DNA of 64,000 bases from assembly GCA_014728045.1 (NCBI GenBank), contig WJMH01000006.1:52738-116737 (forward strand). Direction: 5' to 3'. Position 1 is the first letter of the stretch. Every line of letters starts with the position of its first letter. Source of the stretch: Candidatus Omnitrophota bacterium. GTDB lineage: Bacteria; Omnitrophota; Gorgyraeia; Tantalellales; Tantalellaceae. Position numbers and translations under genes: made by a program. Positions 18,301 through 30,300 of the stretch are shown piece after piece. The notes under the pieces were generated by a model. That model saw only the letters and a list, made by a program, of their open reading frames with translations, was not told the DNA's origin and did no database searches.

Positions 18301-21300
18301 AAAAGGCTGATCCGTGTTTTCCTGCCTGATGCCTCACGGACCCAAGGTTAATATCATGTATATGTTCTACAACGGCCGCTTCTTCCTCAAGGGCTTTTTC
18401 AGTGGATTCAAGCTCACCTTCCAGGCTTGAGATGATCTGCGATCTTTTCCCGCTCGGGAAAGAGACTGCTTTCACTATTTCTATTTCAATTTCCAGCATC
18501 CTCTTCCGCCCCCGAAGTATCTCTTTCAATAATCTCATGTTGGGGGTGAACTCCACGTACCTGTCGTTCCAGTCCATGTAGCGAATGTTCCTGACCCACT
18601 CCCTCGTATCCGCCAGTTTTTCCAATAGCCACGAAAGGATCTTTGCCGGGTCATCCTGTGAAGTTATACTGTTCTCTTCTTTCTCGAGCTGAAGTATCTC
18701 CTTGCTGAGCTCGGACATCCTAGATGTTACTTCCTCTATCCTGGTCTTGTCCTCGCCCGCTTCACCCAATTCAACCCTCAAGGCCCTTAATTTGTTATGG
18801 AGATATCCGGTAACAAGATTGCATCTTTCCACCGAGTTCTCGAGAAGTAGATCCCTTTCGCCGTAAAGACGTATGAATCTTGCCGCGAGCGCGGAGAACT
18901 CCACCGGATCGACCGCCAGAAGATCCTCAAAGGACTTCCTGGTGATGTAAATATTTCCCGCATCCACTTCAATATGTGAATCCTGCCCCGTAACGAAACA
19001 GTCGCCCCCGGTATCGCACACAAAAATACCCTTCTTTCCCTTAAGGTAGGCCTCGTCCTCGGACATCCTTCTGAAATTCGATAATATCCCGTTTATGAAG
19101 ATCCTTCTATTCACGGCTTTGCTCTTGCCCGCGTCATAAGAATCCCTCTTTCCAGTGAGCTTCTCGTATTCTTCCTGCTCATTTTCGTATTCAAGCCTTA
19201 GTTTCCGTATAGCCCTGTCCCTCAGTCTTTTGAAACTGGACACGTAATCGTTCCACAGGGACATGAGCATCTTCGCATTACCTTGTTTAAAGATGATATC
19301 ATTGAGCCCTACTTCAGCCGCGACTTTATCAAGGACTCGTTGAATGGTCCTCACTTTCACGACTTGGTCTGAATCAAGAAAACGGGCGCACCCTATCGCG
19401 TCATCGCGCTCTATATACCCGTAGAGCATATCCGTCGCCCTTTTCATCTGATTCTCAAATGCGGTGGCAGACAACATGACAGCTCCGGAGTTCTGGCCGC
19501 CTTCAAGTGCACCGAAAAGCCAGTTCATCATCTCACTGATATTTTTCATGAGCGCCAATTCGTACGCATTAAGGGTATTTGTCTTGGCATGCACCTTAAG
19601 TTCTTCCAGGCATTTCTGCATTTTGCACACGCTCTCGATGAAAGCATCAAGTTCCGCGCCGTCCGGCCGGTCCGTCCGTTCCGAATTAAGGAAATTCCAC
19701 AAGTACTTGTAGGCTTCTTCACCGCTGAACATGGTGGTCCTGGTCGCCGAGTAAGAAGTATCGTAACTGCCAACACCTGCCTGGAGGAGATATTTGATCT
19801 TTTCATCTATACTTTCCATGGCGTTCTTCTTTTCCGTCAGGTCGGGGGATATTTTATGCAATAGGTCCAAGAATTCGATCTCCTCAGTACGCAGGCGCGT
19901 CACTTCCTTTTTAAGGTAATTAACGACCCCCTCGATAACGTTTCTTTCCTGAGAGGTTTCAATGTCCTTGAGGTGGACCTTCTTTTTGTCGGAAAGGCGC
20001 TCTATCTGTGTGTCTATCTTTCCGTGCTCGTCCATTACCTCGAGATACCCCGGTGCTTTCCGAGCCCTTTTTGGCCATCTCATGCCGAAAAGGGAACCGA
20101 TATCACTGTCCGCGGAGCTTTCCTCGCTTTGGGCATCAAGCTTTTCGCCTATACCGGTCTCTTCCACCGCCTGGTTATGCGCCTGGACCCAGCTTATGGA
20201 TGGCTGTTCCCTCCTGAGCTCCGTTTCTTTAAGTTCGTGTTCAATAACGTCTCCAGTAAGTCCCGACTTGAACCCAACTATCATCCATTTCCCGTCGGAT
20301 GCCCTAAAGTTCACCGCATTGATACCACCCTCGGACGTGAACACCCATCTTCTTAGCGCTTTTGCAACCCTCATTATGGAAAGAGCGAGTTTTTCATCCA
20401 GCGCTTCGCTGTCAATGTAATCAGCTGCCTCATCCTTGATCGCCACTATCCACGTGCCTTCTTCAAGCCGCTTTTCAACAAGGCCCCGGCTGTCGAGGTA
20501 GCGGATCCAGGCCTCTACAACATCCCTTTCAAGAGGCAGATGTTTCTTCCTCCTTATCATCCCCAGCATATGCATCAGGCGCTTAAACGACCTTATGTTC
20601 GTGACCTGCTGGACGCGATCCTGGCCCGGTTCTTTTTCTACAACGGTTTCTTCAGCGCCTTCGTCGGTTACATCGATCGGTCTTGTGAACACCTGGACGC
20701 TTTGCCCTGAGGGAGCGTCAAAAGCCGGCTCTATTTTTTTGAAACCGGGAAGGTCCAGGCTCTTTTCAAATCCCGTCATCACAAAATAAGCTCCCGGCTT
20801 TAGCTCATGCAGCAGTTTCTGCCTGATGCGTTTTATCGTTTCCTTCTCATGATCGGGCTCTAGATCGGACCAGGAGACATACACAAGATCGTATCCTGAT
20901 ATCTTCATATCGGTCATGCTGCCGTAATTAACTGTTAGGCATCCGTTATCGATTACTTCAGAAAGGTCCAGCATGGACTCGTTGACGCCAGTATAAGAGG
21001 TGCGCTTCTCTTCAACGACAGCGACCTCTGGAGCATATCTTGAAAAGACGGCCGCCGCCTTTCCGTCCCGGGTATTTACCGCAAGAACTTTCTTCCGCCC
21101 GTCAAGAAGCCATTCCGAGAGCGTCTTAAGATATCCAGCAGACAGCTGGCCGGATATCTTCGCCGTTTCCGCATCTTTAGAATGCTTTCCCCGCGAGACC
21201 GGATCGTAATATTCCTCTATATACCTGACCGCTCTCTCTTGAGATATTCTACGAGAAAGATCTTTCCCGCGGTCGGACCTTGCGGCAACATCGTAAGAGC

Positions 21301-24300
21301 TCTCCTTGGGCACAGATTCCCAGTGCCGGTAGATCCACTCCCGAATCATCCATACCCGTTCCTTGGCGCTCTTTCGAAGATTCGGCAATTCAAGACCCGG
21401 CAGGATGTTCACGTAAATATCGCTTATGGTGGCTTTTGCCCCGGTATACGCGGTGACCTGCCTTAAATCTTTGCGGGATCTATTCTCCGGGTTGTAGTAC
21501 GAAGCGAATTTCTCGGCAAGCTGATCGGATGTAAGAGCCGCTATCTCCTTGACAAAATCTTCTTCCCAGTCTTCTTCAAAAAGAGCGGGCCATCTGGCCG
21601 GATCAAGAGAACAGGCGATCAGCTGCCTGTACTCTTCCGTCATTGAAGGGTAAACTTTACCGGCAGCTACCGTATCAAGATGTTCTTTCCACATACTTCG
21701 CCAATCAATATGCAGACGCGCTGTGTCCGTAAGGAATACCGTGTTTTCGCTTATCGATGCCGGCTTGGATATTTCTTCGCGCTGCTTTTCGCTAAGTCCC
21801 GCATCGTCTGACAAAGCTTCAACGAGCCTTCTGAATTCCAGGGGCGAAAGGGTATCCAGCCGGCTAAGCCCGCTGCGCTCATATTCCTGCAATATGGCGT
21901 AAACACGTGAGTACTTGTTCTTTCTTTTCTGAAAAGCAGCCGCAAGATCTGATATGCTGTCGACTTCAAGCATTCTCACCAGGTCCAGCATAGCGGTAAA
22001 CATAGGATTTTCCGTCTTTTTGGAGGGTTTGTCGGGATCGGGCATGTTCATGCTTACATAGGCAGCAAGATACAGAACAACCCATATAAGCCGTGGTGAG
22101 CCCCTTCCTATATTATTCTTTCTGGCGAATTCAAGATACCGGTTGAAATCCTCGGTGAAAATCCTGTCGTAACAAGCCTGCCTATCACCCTTCATCCTGG
22201 CGTCAACGTATTTTTCTCTTAACCCGTCCATGAATGAATCCAGCAACACCATCAGCCTGACCCGTTCTTTCATTATTCCTATATTGCGCCTTACGGTATT
22301 ACCCCGGCTATCCTTGAAGATATTGTTTATGGCCTGCCACAGTACCGGAAGCATGCGGTGGAACTCGGGTTCATCCTGTATATCTTTCTGCCTTGTCATG
22401 CCCAGCATCCAGTCGCGGGCTTTCTGGCGGTTCCCGGAATCGAAGAATTCCCTTATCCTGTCAAGCTTCCAGATGATCCTGCTGTTGCGACCGCGTACAT
22501 ATTCCCTCAAAGCGGACAAGCGGCCGGTCCCGATCCTTTCCACCTGCCTGTTAAGCGAATAGTACCTTTTACGTAAAAGGCTTCTGGCAGCTTCCATTTC
22601 CTCCAGCATACCCCGGTACTCACCGATCTGCAGAAGTTCCATCGCCGCTTCAATGGCGGTACGGACGATCACTTTTTCCTCGACCAGCGCGCTTTTGTAA
22701 GCTCTCTTTATTTCGCTGAAAAGTTCCTTCATCGAGCTTTTCTCTTCGTCCGTTATCTCCGGCTGCGGCAATACTTCGCCCGACCGGACAGCGGGAAGAT
22801 CTTTCTTTAGCCGACGGAGGAGGCTTATATGACCTTTCAGTCTCTTTCCTACACCGAGAACCCAGTCACGTTCCCTGAGAATGTTGTCGATCTCCCTGTC
22901 GCAGGAACGTATTCCCTGCCATATAATATCCGATTTATGCGGCACCCATTCTTTTATAAGAACTTCCCTGTCAGAACTTATCCCGCGGGTCAGGTACTGG
23001 CCCCGAAGGATGTTATGCATTTTATCCTCGACATCGCGCCAGACCCTGGGACCCCGCAGCTTTATTCTGGTCTTCGAAAGGGCCAGAAGCTCCTCGGCGA
23101 ACCTCTGTTTGGCCGCTCTCAAAAGAGCCGAAGCCGCCGGTTCGTTCCTGCTTTCTATGAGTATGACCGCCCTTCGCATCCTGTCTCGAGCCTCGGAACG
23201 GTAATCCCTCCCCCTGGTACGGCTCAGGGGATAATCCGGACCTGAGATAAGTTCACCTTCCAGGGTGATCTCGGCCCTGAGGATACGTATCTTCTTAAGA
23301 CACTCATCCAGCTGATTTCTTTTCTGATTGTTATCGGGATCTTTTGCCAGTTCTTTCTCAACGGTCGCCCTTTCCGCGGCCAGACGTATCAACCGGTAGT
23401 TCATTTGAGGGAGCGCCCTGAGGTAATAATAGGTAAGGGCTTCGCCCTCTGCGAAGACCTGTTCGTCCAGTTTTGACCTTATCCATCTAAGCTCATCCTC
23501 ACTGGGTCTTGGCGGCAGGAGATCGAGCAGCTTCAGCACCGCTTCGAGATCATCGCCGGGTCTGCGATATCTTTCAGACAGGGTGTACTCTATCGGTTCA
23601 AAGGGTCTCTCCGGCCGTTTTTCATTCAGGATCCCCAGCGCCACCAGACCGTCAAGCTCCGATTTGACCGTTGTATAGGAAGAGGGGTCACCTTCTTTTT
23701 CCCTTGCCGCCTGGAACTGCCTGTTCATGAAAGTCTTCTGCCTAAGGAATTCGTTCTTAATAATGGTTTTATATCCGTTTAGTATGCTTCCTTTCGCGGA
23801 AAGACCGTCCGCTCCAGATGTAACGCTATAATCTATGAGGTTCAGCGGCAGGGACATGAAAACCCTTGTTCCTCCCTCATCGCCCCTGTTCCACGAAACG
23901 AATCCCCCTGATCTTGACATTATCGACCTTACGAGGGATATCCCGGAGCCTCCCCCGCTTTCTTTGCTCGACCATGGCAGATCGGTCGTTATATCCTTGC
24001 CCCAGGGCAATGATAGACAATAACTGGGCCATTTATCCATGCCCTTACCGTTATCGGTGACAATGATCTGGAGGCTATCCGATCGTGCTTCTGCCTCCAA
24101 TCTAATCCACCCTTCGTACCCAGAGCGCTCCTCTGCCGAAAGTTTTTGGGCTTTTTTCCTTACAGCCTCCCATGAGTTCATAATGATCTCCCGTACGGCA
24201 AAGGACAACTTATAACCGGCCGGCAGTTCCAGGGCGAACCTGGCTAGGTCCTTTTCCACTTCGTGCACGAACCGCGAGAAGGCATCATCATCAGAAGCGG

Positions 24301-27300
24301 ATACATAATAGGTCTTTTTCAAGTTGAGATCAGTTAGAGCTAGAGCATCCCTCACCTCTTTTTTCTTCTTACGCAGAACGTTTTGGGAGGGCCTCGCCTT
24401 TAAGGAGAGAAGGGTTTTCTTGACCATTTCGATGACAGCTGGCGGTGCTCGGGACAAACGTCTGTCAAGCTTATATTTGTAAGGTTTGCGTGACCTGGCA
24501 CATCCGAGGATACCTAAAGCGGTCAGTCCTTCAAGCTCGGTGGATATAGTGGTATATGAAAAGAGCGTGCCGTCTTTTTTCTTTCTCCTGGCTTGGAACT
24601 CCCTTCTGGTAAAAGTGTTGCCAGCCAGATCCGCATCAGAGGTGATCGTCAAAAAACCCGCTAAAAGATTACCTTTACCCGTTGAAACTACCCCTACCTT
24701 GTTGGCTATGCGCCCAGGCAGTTCCGGCGGGCCGTCTGAGGATCCTTCTTTATCTTGCTTTCTCTTCTTTCTGCTGGTATTTTGCCGTAACATTAATAGC
24801 GCAAGAACAAGCACCATGTAAGGCAGAAGCGTTCCGAAGATCGAAGACGGAGGTAATTTGCCCTGTGCCACGCTGCAGCTTCCTCCCGAACGAGATTCCG
24901 TCGGAGATCTTCCCGCGTAAATTGAAACCGGGCTGCAGTAATCACTGTCCCGTTGAGGTTCAGGCATTTCGGTACGGACGCTCAGCTCGTATGTTCCCGA
25001 ATATATATGGTCGGGCAGGTCGACAACAAGCGATGTGGTCCCCGCACCTGGGGCGAAGAAGGTCTCCCCTCCTATACTGACAGTATAGCCGGTAACCGAC
25101 CCGGAAAGAACGCCCGTATAAGGCTGCCATGTCACAGTAAAGGTCCTGCCGCCGTTACTGTCGGTGACACTGACCACTTTCGGCGGGAAAGGCCTCTGTA
25201 TCACCGATTCATACCAGTGTCTTATGTCGTCCGCCTGAATGTCGGTTATGCTGTAAGTTGTGTCATCCTGCCAGAACAGGCCCCCGCCGTCCACGCCACT
25301 CGCATAAATATCACCATATTTAGCGGGAACAGATGTCGGTTCAAGCTCACCGAAAAAGAAACCGAAACTGTTCAGACTGGAGCCCCAGGTAAGTATCCCG
25401 TCAGTGAGGGGATACCAGGGGGCCATGTAATCATAATAATGGGACTGGTCGATGTCCTGGCCGAGATCCGTCCAGTTATCCAGAAGGATCTGACGGTTCT
25501 GGGCGCCTATTGTGGTCCATGTGCCAGGGGCCTCACTGTTTATCATCTGAATGAGATCGGTTATGAAGGTCTGAACCTGTAGTACTGAGATCGTCGTCGA
25601 GGTAGTGATCTCGATCGGTTCGTTGATAATATCCCACATCAGTATTTCGGGGCGCCCGGCATAACGGTTTATAAAAGGTCTCAACGCGTTGACCAGGGCG
25701 GTCCTTTTGGCACTGTCCGTTATAAGGTCAGGATATTCTCCCACGGGGTTAGCCCCTTCCATGCTGACGTTATCGGCGATCATGTAATCGAAAAGTACGG
25801 GCACCAGTCTTATCCCGAGCACCTGCGCCGCTTCTACCAGAGCGTCCATATCCTCATAAACATGAGTGGTAAGCCCTGTCGGGCTCCCTCCCGCGTCGAA
25901 AGTGATCCCGCTCCTTATGTCACAGTAAATGAAAACCCGTACCGTGCACCCCCGGAACCGGTCGAGCTGCTGCAAGAGCTGCTCTCTTTTCGTGCTAAGA
26001 CCTTCATGGGTCTCCCCGTGAACACCGTCACCTATGTCGTATCCGTATTTCATCCAGGGCAGGTTGGCTCCACGGTAGAATTTCCACCCGGGAATGATTT
26101 CTTCGATTATTCCTTGCGAGTAATCGTGTCTTTCCTGTCTCCCGTCAGGATGATATACCATCATCTCTGTCATGTTCCAGGACAGATCATATTCATAGGT
26201 CCGGATGGTCCCGTCGGTATCCCTCTCGGAATTAATATATGTTTCCCCCGAATCGATCCTGTAAGAAGCTCCAGCACCGTTTGTAAAGGTTTTAATGGCA
26301 AAGGTCGGACTTATCGTCTCGTAAACGAAGACCGGATCTCCACCAGAATCGTAACCCCTTATAAAATGGATATCATCGGTCCCCGCGTAATATTCATATA
26401 TCTGGTAACTTCCATCCGGATCAGTTCTCCTGTCAAGCCTGCCGTAATCGTCCGAGGTATCCCCCGCGGTCCCGTTGTCGTAGAACGCCTCGTCTATCCT
26501 GTGGTCCACAGTGCCCGCGGGCACGTCATCGGAAGTGTCGCCGGGGGTATCGCCGTCCCAGTCATCAACATAAGTTTCTGTTTCTATGCGTCCGGATACG
26601 GAATAATAGGTATACGACAGGTTGGGCGCAGCGTATACCAGGACCGGGAACATAAGAACGATAAGCACCGAGAGCAGCGCCTTGAATATACGGTTAATCC
26701 GAAGTGTCCTGGCAAACTGCCCGTCATCCTTCTTGGTCGCAAGATCGGATATCATTATGGCTATATGGTAAACTTCCCACATGATATCGGGATCCGGCCT
26801 ATCCAGGTCCAGTTTGCTCAGTTTCCGATGGAGATAGCCCGCTACCTTACCTAGAGCTGCGTTGTTGCCTGATGAAAGAGCCTCTTTTGCGGTCAGGCCT
26901 TCTTCTATCTTTATCATCTTCCACGGGAGCTGGCCGTTAACATCAGTTATGGCGAAATTAAAACCTTCTTCGAACATTTCGTCTATCTTCAGACAGGTCC
27001 TTGCGAGTTTTTCAACAAGCTTGTCATGGAAAGCGTATCCCCTGGTCGCTTCGAGAAAGAACTCCATCCCCCTGGTATTGAACAACCTGTTCTTTGCCGA
27101 GAGCTGGCGCAGTTTCTTCGCCCGGCTCTTTTTCTGGCGAAAAACGCTCAGTTTTTCTAAAAAGCCTGAAATCCTGCGCCATTTTTCCACGAGAGCATCA
27201 ATGATCCTTCTCAATTTAGCCGAAGAGATCTGAGATAACCAGATGAAAAGACCCGTCGGAAAATAGTAGAAGGCCATGGAGAGGTCCCTGATCCTTACAT

Positions 27301-30300
27301 CCGTTTTCACGCGGCCGCCGATCCCTTTCTGGCCGTATATACGTATGCCCGGGAGCACTTGACGGTAAAGACCTCTCGAGTCCCTGAATATGTTATAGCG
27401 CAGCCTGGCCCATCGGGGGTCTTCCTGGGAAAGAGCCATGAATTCCTTCCATTCCTTCCTTCCCTTCAGGATAATCCTCATAAGCTGAAAGTTATTTTCC
27501 GGGATCTGGACGAACAGAAATTGCAGAACTGCCACCAAGGTCCTGGCCACAATGATCGGAAAATACAGTACTCTGGCCCAGCCGGTGTAAATAACAGTAT
27601 TCGTGATCACTTTGCCGGAGGCGTTCCTGAGGCCTTCTACTACTATTCCCTTACCGGCATAGATGAAATGAATACCGCCTCGGGTATAAACATTAAATTT
27701 TCCGGTCTTTTCCATAAGCTGGGTCTTTACCGGATCGGTTTCCATCAGATATTTCCTGAGAAAAGACCTGGCCCTGGCTATCCTGAAACATGCATAAAGA
27801 TTAAGAAAAGAGTAAAGTGCCGCCAATCCGCAGGCGAAAGCGCTTAATAAACCTGCCTCCATCCCGAAAACCGGTATAGCCCCGAAAGCATAATTGCGCG
27901 GATCAGGACCCCTCCGGCCAGAGCCCCAGTATATCTGGTTAAGATATGCTCGGGCGTTCGCGAGGGTTGTTTCGCTGTATTCATCCCCCATATTGTAAAG
28001 CAGTGACCTTACAAGCTCTACTTTCTCCAAGGGCATGGAATGGAACCTTTCATCCAGATGGTATAAACGCTGTTTATCCCCGTCCTTGGAAACACAGAGG
28101 ACACCAAGATTACCAAGAACTTCAAGCATGTAGACGACCGTACCCATGGCGAATTCACCCTGTCTGGATTGCTTGAACTCGGTGCTCGTAAATGGGTTGG
28201 TGCTGAGTATCTCATCCGACATTACCGCGTCGAATACCCTGAGAACGCTGTTCCTCTGGTCGGCCTCATCCCGATCGGTCACAGCAGATGCCTCTTCCCC
28301 AGGCCTGACGATCTCAGGTTCCAGCAGACGCTTTTGCGCACCTTCTTTACCCTGCACGGGAAGCGGGGTTTCTATTTCCGCGGAACAGACCTTTTCATCC
28401 AATACCCTCTCCCAAAAAGGCTTGTTCTCATTTTGTATCCTGGCGGCCTCCCGGGTGGAGTCTTCCTGTGAAAAGTCCCTTATTGCAACAAGGAACAGGT
28501 AAAGCTCCTCGATGTCAGCTGGTTCAGGTTCGAATTTATTTGCGATACCGATAAGGGATATGAGCGTCCTGTAAAGATCAAAAATATCATCCGGTGATTT
28601 GTTCACAAGCACTTCTCCCAGCCTTTTCTGGGCGGGACCGACTTTCAGGACACTGAGAGCTTTTTCCTCAGAGATCTTAATGAAGCTGTATCCGCTTTCC
28701 CTGAGTCTGCATATTTCAAAACATGCCTTGCTAAGGCTCTCACGGAAAGAAGCAAGGTGATCGGGATTGATGCCGGCAGCCTCGATCCTGGCGAAAAAGT
28801 CCTGCATATTTATATTTGAGATGAGCTCTTCGCGCTCCAGCATCAGCGCGAACTTCTTTATCATGCTTCGGCGCGAAAGCTTGCTTTTGATATAGAAGAT
28901 CAGCTTCACCGGGTAATACCAAAAACGCATCCTGCCGCCGACATACAGCGTTTCAGTGTCAAAGGACGTATTCGGTCTTTTACAGGCGAATACCCGGACT
29001 CCTCTGGCAACGCTTATCTGCATCCTTCCGTGTTTCGGTCTTATGCCCCATTTGTCCATTAGCTGGTTCTTTGCAGACGGGTCTTTCTCACTGAGGTATT
29101 CAGAGATATGCCGTTTGGCGAGATAGATCCTTACAAGCAGCCTGATGTTGACCACGGCAAGCAATGTCAGAGCTACCACCGGTATCAAGGTCCATACGGA
29201 TACATCCGCGAAAAGATATGGCGGGATGACCGCGGGAGCGAGATGATCTGAAGGGTCCTCTTCATCCTCGCTGGTCGCGCCATCTTCGGGCTTTCTTGTG
29301 AATATGAAGTCATAACCCCTTACAAGATCAATCCTTTGCCTCACGCTGAGCCTTTCAGCATAATAATCATCATCCCGGGAGGAAGCCCTTAAAAACCTTT
29401 GCCTTTCGGTTTCGTCCTTAGTTCTGGTCTTAACACTTATCGGGTAACGGCCCAGCTCATCATAAATAAAACCTTCTCCAATACCAAGGCTGAAAACGTA
29501 TTTGAGCTGACCGAGCGAATGCTGGAGGTTGACCCCTTCAAAGACAATGACCTTATAGGTATGGTGGGCTCCTATAAGATCGCCGTATAACCTCTGCACT
29601 TCGAGCGATCTATCCGGGGCAATGTATTTATCAAGCGAAATGACTATCGAAGAAGGGACCATTTCCAGGATGGCCTGGCTTACCACAGAGGTCTTGCCGG
29701 TTCCCGGGTCGCCGTCAATGAGAACCATTATCTTTCTGTCGCCGTTAAGCGCCGAGCGAACTCTCTCGACGATCGGATCGGTCGAGCTGGTCTCAATATT
29801 GCGTTCGAATCTTGCATTTTTGGTTTTTGCAGAAGAGGTCTCCGCGGTGCTGGATGCTGGTTTGAGCAACTGGCACGAAAGGTATTCGTTAAGAGGTTTT
29901 TCCCAGGAAGCTTTTTCCATGCCTTCAGGAAGAAGCAATCCTTCCATTCTGGGATTAAAGAACCTGAGCACACACCCGTTAGATAGACAGAAAAACAGCT
30001 GGCCTTTGCGGGCGGACCCTTCCACGCGGATCACCGTGTCTTGCAGATTCTCCTGTGATATTTCTCTTAGGCGCTTGAGCATCTGCTGAACGCCTGCAAG
30101 AGGCATTTTCCTGAGATCCTTTAACAGGGCAACTTCAAGATATTTTGCAGTCGCTCTTGCCACCGAATCGGGAATATCATCAGAAGTTAAAAGGGTCTGC
30201 TGGGCGAGAGTGGTTTCGGCAGAAGCACCTTGGGGATAAGCCCATGCGAAATCAAAGGAAATAAAGCATATAAGCGTTATAACCGCGACTACACGAAACA

